Assembly (NCBI RefSeq): GCF_964194155.1
Contig: NC_135903.1
Span: 30,194,001-30,258,000, forward strand
Source: Cetorhinus maximus
Taxonomy: Eukaryota
Direction of reading: 5' to 3'
DNA length: 64,000 nucleotides
The position numbers and the translations under genes are program-made. Under the pieces are notes generated by a model. That model did not search any database, had not been told where the DNA came from, and was given only the letters and a program-made list of their open reading frames with translations. Positions 23,335 through 35,533 of this stretch are shown here, one piece after another. Each line of letters starts with the position of its first letter. Positions within the stretch are counted from its first letter, which is position 1.

Positions 23335-26300
23335 ATGGCAAGTGCAAGGCCACAGCAGAGCACTGAGCAGGCCAGTCCGGAGGGTGGGGGGCCAGTGTGC
23401 CCCTTGTTTTTCAGATGATTGACTTGCTGCCCTTATTGAGGAGGTGGCAGCACGGTGGAAGGTGCTGGTTCCCCAGGATGGGAGCAGGAGGCGCCCCACA
23501 TGACGAAACATGCCTGGGAGGAGGGGGCAGAGGTGGTGAGCTCCTGCAACGTGGTGCGGCGCACCTGGATCCAGTGTCGCAAGCGCTTCAACGACTTGTG
23601 CTCTGGCAGGGTGAGTACCATGTTGGCATTGGGCATTTAACCCAGCAGGTCAGTTTACCCACCCCTGCTGCAACCCCCCACCCCCAAGTCTGGGTGTAAC
23701 TACTGCACTGAATCATTGATGGCATTAGTCCTTTGCTGGATGGGCCAGCAGATACTGCCCATGCTGAAGTCAACCTGAGAGGGTGATGAGGAGTTGGAGA
23801 GTGACGTAGTTGAATTTGAGACTAGGGTCCTGAATCTTAATAAAGGAAACTACGAAGGTATGAGACGCGAGTTGGCTATGATAGATTGGGAAATATCACT
23901 TAAAGGGATGACGGTGGATAGGCAATGGCAAACATTCAAAGAGCACATGGGTGAACTGCAACAATTGTTTATTCCTGTCTGGCACAAAAGTAAAACAGGA
24001 AAGGTGGCCAAACCATGGCTTACAAGGGAAATTAGAGATAGTATTAGATCCAAGGAAGAGGCATGCAAATTGTACAGAAAAAACAGACCTGAGGATTGGG
24101 AGCAGTTTAGAATTCAGCAAAGGAGGACCAAGGGATTGATTAAGAAGGGGAAAATAGAGTATGAGAGTAAGCTTGCAGGGAACATAAAAACTGACTGTAA
24201 AAGTTTCTATAGGTATGTGAAGAGAAAAAGATTGGTGAAGACAAATGTAGGTCCCTTACAGTCAGAAACAAGGGAATTTATAATGGGGAACAAAGAAATG
24301 GCTGACCAACTAAATACATACTTTAGTTCTGTCTTCACAAAGGAGGACACAAATAACATACCAGAAATGTTGGGGAACACAGGGTTTAGTGAGAGGGAGG
24401 AACTGAAAGAAATCAGTATTAGTAGGGAAATGGTGTTGGGGAAATTGATGGGATTGAAGGCCGATAAATCCCCGGGGCCTGATAATCTACATCCCAGAGT
24501 ACTTAAGGAAGTGGCCCTAGAAATAGTGGATGCGTTAGTGGTCATATTCCGAGATTCTATAGACTCTGGAACAGTTCCTACAGATTGGAAAGTAGCTAAT
24601 GTAACCCCACTATTTAAAAAGGGAGGTAGAGAGAAAACAGGGAATTATAGACCAGTCAGCCTGGCGTCGGTAGTGGGGAAAATTCTAGAGTGTATCATAA
24701 CAGATTTAATAGCTGAGCACGTGGAAAACAGTGGCAAAATTGGACAGAGTCAGCATGGATTTACAAAAGGGAAATCATGCTTGACAAATCTACTGGAATT
24801 TTTTTGGGGATGTAACTAGCAGAGTTGATGAGGGGGAGCCAGTGGATGTGGATTATTTGGACTTTCAGAAGGCTTTCGACAAAGCCCCACATAAGAGATT
24901 GGTGTGTAAGATTAAAGCGCATGGGATTAGGGGTAGTGTATTGAGATGGATAGAAAAACCGGTTGGCAGACAGGAAACAAAGAGTAGGAATAAATGGGTC
25001 TTTTTCCAAATGGCAGGCAGTGACTAGTGGGGTACTGCAGGGATCGGTGCTGGGACCCCCAGCTATTCACAACATGTATTAATGATTTAGAAGAGGGAAC
25101 TAAATGTAATGTCTCCAAATTTGCAGATGACACAAAGCTGGGTGGGAGGGTGAGCTGTGAGGAGGATGCAGAGATGCTTCAGTGTGGTTTGGACAAGCTG
25201 AGTAAGTGGGTAAATGCATGGCAGATACGGTATAATGTGGATAAATGTGAGGTTATCCACTTTGGTGGCAAAAACAGGAAGGCAGATTATTACCTGAATG
25301 GCTATAAATTGAGAGAGGGGAATGTGCAACGAGACCTGGGTGTCCTTGTACACCAGTCACTGAAGGTAAGCATGCAGGTGCAGCAGGCGATAAAGAAAGC
25401 AAGCGGTATGTTGGCCTTCATAGCGAGAGGATTTGAGTACAGTAACAGGGATGTCTTGCTGCAATTGTACAGGGCCTTGGTGAGACCACACCTGGAATAT
25501 TGTGTGTAGTTTTGGTCTCCTTATCTGAGGAAGGATGTTCTTGCTATAGAGGGAGTGCAGCGAAGGTTTACCAGACTGATTCCTGGGATAGCGGGACTTA
25601 CATATGAGGAGAGATTGAGTCGGTTAGGATTATATTCATTGGAGTTCAGAAGAATGAGGGGGGATTGCATAGAAACCTATAAAATTCTAACCGGACTAGA
25701 CAGGGTGGATGCAGGAAGGATGTTCCTGATGGTGGGGGAGTCCAGAACCAGGGGTCACAGTCTGAGGATATGGGGTAGACCATTTAGGACTGAGATGAAG
25801 AGAAATTTCTTCACCCAGAGAGTGGTGAGCCTGTGGAATTTGCTAGCACAGAAATTCGAGAAGGAGTTAGATATAGCTCTTGCGGCGAAAGAGATCAAAG
25901 GATATGGGGAGAAAGCAGGAGCAGGCTATTGAGTTGGATCATCAGCCATGATCATAATGAATGGAGGAGCAGGCTTGAAGGGCCGAATGGCCTACTCCTG
26001 CTCCTATTTTCTATGTATGTTTCTATGTATGTGTTTTGCCCCCGCAGCATGTGTTACACTGAGTCCCACATGACTGGTTTGGGGGCAACCTGGAGGAGCT
26101 GCACCTAAGCACTGTGTTAGAGCTCCAGGACATGTCCAAGTCAGGGTGATGAGATGCTGGGAGGGGAGCTTCAAGGTGTCATGGCAACAAACCATCTGCT
26201 GTCCTCTGCGCTCCATGTGCTTGCGCCATGTATGGAAGGATATACCGAGTGGTGCCTAATGTGATGTAGGCAGCATGTGTCCAAGGGGGGGTGGGGGTGT

Positions 26301-27753
26301 TGGGGACCAGGTCCAGCATCTTTGTGTGAGTGTTCGGCAGCAGCGGGGTGAGGAGGCTCTGGAGCCCTGATATGTCCCACTCTGGTTGGGGTGGGCCGTG
26401 CGCGAACAGAGTCCACGTGCAATTTTCACTAATCAATGCTCGTCTCTCATTTTCAGGAGAAGAATGCTCATAATGCGGCAGAGTGTGTGAGGACTGGCGG
26501 CGGCCAGGAGCAGATCGCCATTCGTAACTGCTTCAAGCAGGAGGGCCTGGATCTGGAGAGGTGCCATGCGCCAAGGTCCACTGGTGTCGGTGAGGCTGGG
26601 GTGCCACGGCCAGGTATTTATGCCCAACAGTGAGGTCAGCATTGTTCTCCCAACAGCCATAGCACTGCTGAATGTTAAATGATTTAATTTTGCAACATGG
26701 CTTGACCATTGGTTATGGAAGGATGAGCGCATAATGATCCGGGGGACAGAGATGGACTTTGTCATTGTCTCCGTGCTAAGTGATCCACTGTCCTTGTTCT
26801 TCCTTTCAGCATCATCGGAGCAGGGTCGGGAGGAGGAGCAGCAGAGGCTCCCTCTCACACCTGAAGGGCCCTGAAGTCTCACCAGCGTCACATCATCTCT
26901 GCGAGGCAGACACCAGCGCAGATACTAGCACCTGGATGGGAATTCAAATATCGGTTAGTGTCCCGGGGCACAACGGTGAGGGCACTTCACAGTTGCTGGA
27001 GGAGCTGGCAGAGACAGAGAGTGCCCATGGTGCCAGCAGTCGGAGGACTGCAGGGGACCAGGCACATGCTCAGTCAGTGCCTGATGATGTGCCTCTGGAG
27101 TTGTCCGCGATGCAGCAGGTGCAGGAAATGCGGCCGAGTGTGCGGGAGCATCTGGGGGAGATACATGAGGCATTGCTTGGCTTGGTCTCCGTGGTGGAGG
27201 AGTCTACGCAGACAATCGCTGAAACAATGAGCCACATGTCCGAGCGCCATGCATCCTCCATGGAGGAGAGGCTCGTGGAGAGGCTCCTCCAGGAGACCTA
27301 TCAGGGCTTCCTGGGGATGCGCTCGGACCAGCAAGCCCTCACATTGGAATTGACCTCAGCTGGTCACTGCCATTGTGGGAGATGGTCTGGGCATAAACTT
27401 TCCCAGCTCGGTGCCCATCCATCCACGGTGAGCAGGGAGGTCTGAAGCGACCTCACATCAGCGCAGCAGCTGCCTGGCGTTTCTCTGCGGGCACCTCTCA
27501 GGGCGCTCCGGATGAGGGCGGCAGCTCCTCCGCCCCTCTCCCAGTGACCGTATCATCCAGTGAGGCTGCGATGACTGGGGAGGTGCCAGCTGTGGAACTG
27601 GCAGCTCCCTCCCAGGCGGGGCCAGCACAGGCTGCACAGGCCAGAGGACGACCACCAAGGTCATCGAGGCCAACAGGACAGCAGAGTCAGCAGGCTGGCT
27701 CAGATGCCACTCTGAGCGATGGGGCGGCACCAAAACGTAGCACCCGGAAATGA
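23335..27753 (+). pseudogene. Harbinger Myb/SANT-like DNA-binding protein gene, 3 exons (~23335-23610, 26457-26613, 26810-27753), frameshifted
   Basis: Trihelix motif AWEE.AEVVSS..VVRRTWIQCRKRFNDL then donor GTGAGT. Acceptor TTTCAG then EKNAHN...RTGGG, donor GTATTT. Acceptor CCTTTCAG; basic C-terminus GRPPR..PKRSTRK. Confidence 0.82.
23792..26031 (+). mobile_element. CR1 LINE, 5'-truncated, ORF2 RT with frameshifts
   Basis: KSPGPDNLHPRVLKE, NYRPVSL, QHGFTKGKSCLTNL, YLDFQKAFDK, KFADDTKL, LVRPHLEYC, FFTQRVV; (TTCTATGT/ATGT)n tail. Confidence 0.97.
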
Positions 27754-28093
27754 AAACATAAGGCACCTTAGGCACATCACAGGTTTTTCACTGGTGCTTT
27801 TCTGTTGGCCCAAGATGAGGCCTTTATGATTTTATTTGATTTTTAACACTTGTCTTTTCTTTGTAATAAGCTGCTTTGTTTGGCATATTAAATTTAGATA
27901 TGCCACCATGGCTGTGGGTGCCTCTTTTCTTCTGTGTGTGTATGGTTTCCAAAACTGTAATGAGTGCTTTGTGGGACATTCAGCTTTATTAACAAGGCCC
28001 TTAGTTACTGTTGCTAACCTGGCAGATTTTGCACTTAGTGTCGAGTGTCAAGCCGGCAGCCCAGGCTTGTCCTGGGGGTCCATCTGTGTTGTG

Positions 28094-29200
28094 CTAGCTG
28101 AAGGTTTGTTGGATTAAAGCCTCTCGGGTGTCCCTGCCTCCCTGGTGTATGCCCGGGTCAGTATCTACCTCCTCAGCATTTCCCTGTTCATGCTCATCCT
28201 CGGACTCACTGCTGTACTCATCGTGTGCAGCCGCGGACACTGCGTCGACGTCTTCATCATCCACTGCGTCCCCCCTTTCCAGCGCAAGATTGTGTAGAGT
28301 GCAGCATGCAACCACTATCACTGAGACACGATCTGGGGAGTACTGGAGTGCGCCCGCTGAGGGTTCAGGCATTGGAAGCGCATCTTGAGAAGACTGATGA
28401 TTCTCTCCACCACAGCCCTTGTGGAGACGTGGCTCCTATTGTACCGCTGCTCAGCTTCTGTTCTTGGATGGCGGAGAGGCGTCATGAGCCACCTTCTGAG
28501 GGGATAGCCCTTGTCACCCAGCAGCCAACCATCCAGCCGGGCTGGAGCACTGAAGAGCCCCGGCACCTGGGAGTGTCTGAGGATGTAGGCGTCGTGGGAG
28601 CTGCCTGGGTACCTTGCACAGACTTGCAGAATCTGCATCCTGTGATCACACACTATCTGCACATTCATGGAGTGGAAGCCCTTCCTGTTGATGAAGGCAC
28701 CGGGCTCACCTGCTGGCGCCTAGATGGCCACGTGTGTACAGCCTATTGCACCCTGGACACGGGGGAAGTCAGCAATGGCCGCGAAGCCTCTGGCTCACTG
28801 TGCCTGACTTGCCTGGTCACAGCGGAAGTGGATGAAGGTCAATGCCCGTCTGAGCAGAGCGTCTGTAACCTGCTTGACACAAGTGTGGACAGCTGATTGG
28901 GAGACACCGCAAAGATCACCCACCGAGCCCTGGAAGGAGCCAGAAGTATTGAAGTTGAGGGCAGCTGTGACCTTTAGAGCCGCTGGCATGGGGTGTCCAC
29001 CCACACAGTTAGGGGAGATCTCAGGCCCAATCATCTGACAGATATAGTTGACTGTCTCACTTGAGAGACGGAGCCTCCATCATCACTGCACCTCAGACAT
29101 ATTGAGGTAGCTGCTTTGCCACCTGTAAACCTTGGCAGCAGGATAGCTCCTTCCGCCTTGGACTACCTCTTGGCCCTGCGCCCCTTGTGCCTGTGGCTCC
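28094..29200 (-). pseudogene. Harbinger DDE transposase (HARBI1-like family), disrupted
   Basis: KVTAALNF.SGSFQ, GAIGCTHVAI (first catalytic D changed to G, followed by a stop), [51 protein letters not shown]. Confidence 0.93.
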
Positions 29201-31514
29201 TCTCTGGAGGCTGAATATGCACTCCTAGCCTCCTCCCACTTCTAGCCCTCCCTTCCTCCTCAGAGGAGCTGCCTCCAGTGGACAGTTCAGCTCCCATTCC
29301 CTGGCTAAGGGAAGGCTTCCTGAAACCTGCAGGCCAAGAAAAGATTCCTCACTGCAGTGTGCTGACCTGAAGGTCAAGAGTCCAGAGAAAGCAGCTGGTA
29401 AGCGTTCTGAAGTACTGCAGATCACACAGGCAAGTTTGAAAAACTTTCAAAAATAAACACTTGACTGTGCACACTCACGGCCCCAGTGAGCCCTCTTATC
29501 CCGACCATGGATGAGGTCAATACAAATGTGTCCTACCCGCCTGCCCATTGCGTCCCTGCGCCAACCTCGAAGATCGCACGGGCGCCGAAAAATCGGCGTC
29601 GATGGAATACTTAAGGGCCTTAAGTGGCCCATTAATTAATGACTGGTGCGTGTCGGATATCATCGCGTGCCCGCCCAGTGAAATATCGCGATGGCGCGTG
29701 GTGACATTGGGACACTCGCCCAACCTCACTGTGCCTCATTTTACGCACTGACGTGCAGGACCCGCCCCCACACAACAATAGGGAAATTCTGCCCATTGAT
29801 TCTGTTAATTCTAATAATTCCAGTCACTTCAAGTGAGGACATCTAATAGTTTCAACCGCAACTTCCCTCAATAGTCCAGCTGTGAACACATTATATATGA
29901 AATTAATGAATATTCATGTCAGTGACCCCTGGTTTCCAAACACAATAATAAGAAAATGGACAACTAAAAAAATGGTTATTTATTGTGATCTCACCCTTCC
30001 TTTTCCTTCCTGGATCTTTTTCCAAATATATTCCTCCATGAGCTTTCTCATTTGGATGATTGTCAGAAGCAATAGACTTGATAATGGAAATGACTGACGG
30101 ACAGTGGCCTTTTAATGAGCGAAGATAGATGACTTTAATAAGCACTCCACTCAGTAAGCTAGCTGAATACCAATAAAAATCCACTTCAGTTGTGGCAGGT
30201 CAGACTCAGAGTTGTGATCATTTGACTGTAAAACCAGAGATGTGATGGTATCAGTCCATCTTCATCAAATAAATGACAATTTCTATTATTTCGTGCTACC
30301 TCCTATTGTATGGCTTTCTATTGTGTATCTATCTGCTCAAGCTGGGCCTTAAGTTTGATCCTATCAGTTCAATAATTCTGCTATGCTGACCCACACTTTC
30401 CTCGATTGTGAGTTAAATGCATGGCAAAGTAACATGTCACAATACGCGCGCAAGCAACTTATTGTGACAGCATCATTTAAGGTCTCCTGTGAAAATCCTG
30501 TGGTAATCTGATAACGTTTCAAGGAACTACATTGTTATTTTAGCACTCACTTCATATAGACAGTGTGGGAACAAAGTGGACAAGGCATTTTCCTCAGAAG
30601 GAATGTAGGAGCTTAATTACACCGATTCCATCCCACGAGAAAAGGTTTCAATTTTTGGCCCTGACTTGGAGTGGTTACTAGGTAGCCTGTATTCCTGGAA
30701 CGCTGGCTGTTTAGTCTAATTTCTGCTATGCCAGAGGGCATTCTGGACTATTCTTATGATGAGACCTGTGGAATGCTATACATCTTCCTGTTGGATGTCA
30801 TTCATAGGCCTTATCAGTGGGTACACTGCTACTTTGAGCAGTTTAATTAATAACTGTCAGCTTGCAGCAATTTATCATTGGAAAAACAGGAGGAGGGGAA
30901 CCAGAATAAATACATGGCTAATAAGTTTGAAGAATTAATCATGAGATTTTGTTTCTGTCGCTCGGATGTCTCTTTTTGAACTTCAAAAAGAAATGTAACC
31001 TTGTCTCATGCCTGAAAATAAATTATCTGACTAGTAAAGATTGGCAATTGGAAATAGATTATTGTATGTACCTCCTCAGCTCTAATCAACTCATTTCACA
31101 TTGGACTTTATTTTGCAGTGGTTAAAGCCATTTATCCTATTTTTCTTAGTGCTGGAATGAGCCGGCCATCAAGTAAACCATGGTTGCCATAGGTTATTAC
31201 TGCCACCGTTGTGTGAATTCATAGCTGTCAACCACAAGAATTTAATTCATGAAAGATGGTTATTGTGTTGCCTTAGAGTGTGGTCTCAGGCCTCTTCCTC
31301 ACTCACTCATGTTCGAGTGTGTGAATAGTTACTGAACCTAACAATGATTGAAATGAAATCTCTCTTGTTCGTAACAGGCCAGTTATTATGTGCAAATAAG
31401 GCAGGACATTATCATACTTCATCCAACAATATTCGCATTCAGATTTTGAAATGGTAAAGTCAGAGAATGAGGAGGTGATAAGAGTGAGAGTAATGTCATT
31501 ATGTGAACAGCTTA

Positions 31515-31598
31515 GAACGCTCTCAAAGGCAATTAGGGGTTGGCAATAAATGCTGGCCTAGTCAGCGACGCCCACATCCCATGAATGAATAAAAAAAG
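31515..31598 (+). mobile_element. HER1/HE1 3' tail
   Basis: GGCAATTAGGGGTTGGCAATAAATGCTGGCCTAGTCAGCGACGCCCACATCCCATGAATGAATAAAAAAA. Confidence 0.85.
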
Positions 31599-31639
31599 AG
31601 TCGTTCCCATTAAGAATTCATACACTGAAAGATCGTGGT

Positions 31640-33352
31640 GCAAGATCAAATCACAATGCTACTGCCTGTACTCTTACTCACATTAAGCCAGCATCTTCAT
31701 GACCCCTCCCATTTTCAATTTCCACTGGCTTCCAAGGAATCTAATTGAAAATTCTTGTCCTTCATTTAAAGGCCATGTGGCCATTATCTCCCATTATCTC
31801 CTTCGGCCCAAAGTCTCTATACCTTCTGCTTCTGTAACATATTCGTACACTCTGTTTTTTCTGTCCTGCCATTAGTAACTGCGCCTTCAGGCAATATAGC
31901 CTGTTCGCTGAATCTTCACCAGGGCCACTCAGCTCCTGACCTCATTACAGTCTTCGTTCGAACATGGGCAAACGAGCTGAACTCCAGAGGTGAGGTGAGT
32001 GCGACTGCCCTTGACATCAAAACAGCATTTGACCAAGTCTGGCATCAAGGAGCGCTAACAAAACTGGAGTCAATGCTAATCAGGGGGAAAGCTCTCCGCT
32101 GGTTGCACAAAGGAAGATGGTTGTGGTTGTTGGAGGTCAGTCATCTCAGCTCCAGGACACCACTGCAAGAGTTCCTCAGAGTAGTATCCGAGGCCCAACC
32201 ATCTTCAGCTGCTTCATCAATGACCTTCCTTCCATCATAAGGTCAGAAGTGGGGATGTTCGACTGATGATTGCACAATGTTCAGCACCATTCGTGACTCC
32301 TCAGATACTGATGCAGTCCATGTCCAAATGCAGCAAGAGCTGGACAATGTCCAGGTTTGGGCTGACAAGTGGCAAGTAACATTTGCATCACGTAAGTGCC
32401 AGGCAATGACCATCTCCAACAAGAGAGAGCCTAACCATCGCCCCTTGACATTCAATGGCATCACCATTGCTGAATCCCCCACTATCAATATCCTGGGGTT
32501 ACCATTGACCAGAAACTGAACTGGACAAGCCATATCAATACTGTGGCTACAAGAATAGGTCAGAAGCTAGGAATCCTGTGGTGAGTAACTCACCTCCTGA
32601 TTCCCCAAAAATTCCTGATTCCTCACCATCTACAAAGCACAAGTCAAGAGTGTGATGGAATACTCTCCACTTGCCTGGATGAATGTAGTTCCAGCAACAC
32701 TCAAGAAGTTTGACACCATCCAGGACAAAGCAGCCTGCTTGATTGATATCCCATCCACAAACATTCATTCCCTCTACTACTGGCGCAAGCGGCAGTAGTG
32801 TGTACTATCTGCAAGATGCACTGCAGGAACTCACCAAGGCTTCTTTGACAGCATTTCCAAATTGATGCCTGTTACCATCTAGAAGGACAAGGGCAAGATA
32901 CATGGGAACACCACCTCCTGATAGTTCCCCTCCAAGCCACTCGCTACCCTGACTTGGAAATATACCATCATTCCTTCACTGTCGCTGGGTCAAAACCCTG
33001 GAACTCCCTCCCTAACAGCACTGTGGGTGTACCTACACCACTTGGGCTGCAGCGGTTCAATAAGGCAGCTCACCACCACCTTCTCAAGGGCAATTAGGGG
33101 TGGGCAATAAATGTTTGTTTAGTCAGCGACATCCACATCCCATGAATGAATTTTAAAAATCCTTCAGCAACTGGCCTGTCGGCTCCCTCTCGCCTTCGTA
33201 GGCCTCCTTTGAGCCCTTTTCTTCAGCTATACTTTTATCCCCTCTTCCTGTTCACCCTGCAGCATAATGAGCACCATTTATCCACTCTTCCATGAAATGC
33301 TTTGAGATGTTTTGCTGTACATAGCAAGCACATCAGAAACGTAAGTTGTTGC
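31640..33352 (+). mobile_element. Old L2 LINE 3' fragment, split by the HER1-type insertion
   Basis: Degenerate NA.A..LT..K / FHWLP / KILVL region at 31640-31775; L2-like tail ending AACGTAAGTTGTTG near 33350. Confidence 0.5.
31891..33160 (+). mobile_element. HER1-type CR1-clade LINE, 5'-truncated
   Basis: ALDIKTAFDQVWHQG and DDCTMFSTI..WADKWQVTF; HE1-shared tail; imperfect TSD CCTTCAG(G)CAA at 31884-31894 and 33161-33170. Confidence 0.92.
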
Positions 33353-33429
33353 AGAACTTCACATGTGTGCATTAGTGTCTAAACTGAAAGCGTTTATTCA
33401 TTGCATTTGTAGAAATATTGCAATACAGT

Positions 33430-33655
33430 GCCCTGATGGTTTAGTGACTGAAGGCCTATCATGAAGTTGAATTCAATAAATCTGATAATTTGTGGGTTTG
33501 GCATTTGAAAATTATCATAAAAAGTACCAAATCATACCAATTAGTTTGCTAATGTTCCTGCCGGAAAGGAACCTGTTACCCCTAGTTTGTCTGGCCTACC
33601 TGTGACTCCAATCCTACACTATGCGACCAAGATGGGCAATAAATAATACAGCCAA
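33430..33655 (+). mobile_element. HE1-type SINE, old
   Basis: TTGAATTCAATAAATCTG..CTAATGTTCC..GGAAAGGAACCTG..TCTGGCCTACCTGTGACTCCA..GATGGGCAATAAAT. Confidence 0.65.
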
Positions 33656-33913
33656 AGTTGTCAAATTCAATCCTTTGGTCTGTGCTGAATTATCTAATTT
33701 CAGTTGGGGAAATAATTGGCTATTACAATTGGCCTCATTCCAATACTCCCATTCACACATGGGGGCTGCCAATTTACACTCACACGCCCAGACAGGTGGG
33801 ATGTGGCCCTTTGTGGAAAGAGTGTGCATTCCATATTGGACAAGCAGCAACCCTACAGGCCCATGGAAAATTTGGTTCAATTGCAGAATATTAAACGTAA
33901 TGATAGTTTTCTC

Positions 33914-34056
33914 CCGGGGGTCGGCAGGAACGTGGAGTTCAGGTTACAATCAGATCAGCCATGATCATATTTAATGGCGGAGCAGGCTTGAGAGACCGGG
34001 TAGCCTACTCCTGGTCCTAATTCATATGTTCGTATGTATGTTCATATGTTCTATGC
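33914..34056 (+). mobile_element. CR1 3' end fragment
   Basis: GATCAGCCATGATCATATTTAATGGCGGAGCAGGCTTGAG..GCCTACTCCTG plus (TTCATATG)n tail. Confidence 0.85.
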
Positions 34057-34749
34057 ATGTCAGATACCCAGCTGAAAACGTCTTTTATTGAAAGCCTCAA
34101 AACTCCAACCTGCAAATTGCAGCTCCAAACTGCAATTTCACCAGCATTCCAATCTGTGTTCAAACGCAAAGTTATTTTATAGAACCGAAGAAAAAGGCAA
34201 AAATACAAAAGCAAAACACCACGGGTGCTGGAAGCCTGACCAAAGGTCATCAAACTGAAAAACTCTTTCTCGCTCCATAAATGCTTTTCATTTTAAAAAG
34301 GCAACATAAAACTGACAGCAAGGTGGTTTTTGGAATTTATGATCTCACAAAATTCCTGCAAGCAATGGGTACATAGATCAAACTTGCACAAAATGAGTAC
34401 TTCTGCTGCAAGAACACTAGCAGCTCTGTACATACAAACATGGGATAGAACTTTTCTGAAGGGCAAGATAACAATTATTTAATTAACTCCTAGTTCAGTA
34501 TTGGCATGTTGGAAAAAGTTAGGAAAGAATGAGACTTTGTTCGGCCCCTAGAGACATGCTTTTGCATTTAGCATTTAGAACTTAGAATTGTAGATCTCTA
34601 GGGCCACACACATCCCATTAATTATTTCTTATTCTATTTTAAAATGTTATTCATGCTTCACTCTCATATTCTAATTCTTCTAGGCCTCTTGCTTTCTTAT
34701 TTAACTTTTTACAGTTGGGTTCTTCAGAAATTACATTCACATTTTATAA

Positions 34750-34852
34750 TCTCTGAAGAAGGGTCATACGGACTCGAAACGTTAACTCTGTTTCTCTCTC
34801 CACAGATACTGCTAGACCTGCTGAGTTTTTCCAGCATTTTCTGTTTTTGTTA
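34750..34852 (+). mobile_element. 103-bp hammerhead-bearing Penelope-derived mini-element with a 12-bp TSD
   Basis: TSD CACATTTTATAA at 34738-34749 and 34853-34864; body homologous to 2118-2215. Confidence 0.88.
34753..34787 (+). ncRNA. Minimal hammerhead ribozyme motif, canonical core
   Basis: CTGAAGA-A-GGGTC-atacg-GACTC-GAAA-C-GTT-AACT. The 5' strand of helix I is largely lost at the insertion junction. Confidence 0.75.
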
Positions 34853-34974
34853 CACATTTTATAAAGTTGTTACGTATTCATACATAGATTTTGCGGAGCT
34901 ACCATGTATATAGGTGCACATTCAAATATATTCGGTAAAGCTGTTGCACAATTAAGGGTGCATTCATGATTTTA

Positions 34975-35190
34975 TCCCATGGTGAGAATTTTTTGATGCA
35001 GCAAGTTATGATGCATTGCCTGAAAGGGTAATGGAAGCAGGTTAAATAGTAACTTTCAAATGAGAATTGGATAAATAATTGAATAGGGAGAAAGGGCGCT
35101 ATGAAACCCGCAGGGCAATGGTACTAGTTGAATAGCAAAGTGCTGACATTATTATGATGGGCTTTATACTTTCTTCTTTGCTGTAAGATT
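34975..35190 (+). mobile_element. Old CR1 3' fragment
   Basis: TGCCTGAAAGGGTAATGGAAGCAG..ACTTTCAAATGAGAATTGGATAAATA; similar to 60355-60495. Confidence 0.6.
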
Positions 35191-35533
35191 AAGTTACTGT
35201 ATATTTTGGCACACATTTTCCAGAGCTGGATGCTCTCATACAGAGTTTATGAAGACGTGCATCCTGACTGAACAATGTCCGTGGAAGGATTGTATTGCCA
35301 CATCTCCTAATTGTACTGGAAGTGATTCAGGTTGGCATCAGAGGCAGACCCTTTATCCCCGAGTTCTGGGACTAGATATTCCCATCCCAAATCAGGATGG
35401 AATGGGAGCGGGACTGGAAAAAAAAATGGCTCCAGGGACCTTGCATGCACGGTCTGCCGCCTCCATTCCCTATTCTGATGATTTTCCAAGGACAGGGGAA
35501 GAGCAGGGGCGAGCAGGAGAGTGAAGTCTCCTT

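Larger units (their letters stand above)
23124..29794. mobile_element. Full-length PIF/Harbinger DNA transposon (convergent Myb/SANT and transposase genes) containing a CR1 insertion
   Basis: TIRs GGCCTGAATTTTCC / GGGAAATTCTGCCC (11/14). 3-bp TSD ATT at 23121-23123 and 29795-29797. Both expected genes are present. Confidence 0.9.

Noticed and set aside
28094-29200. Host HARBI1 gene
   Set aside because: Stops, frameshifts and a mutated catalytic Asp, inside TIRs and a TSD: this is a transposon copy.
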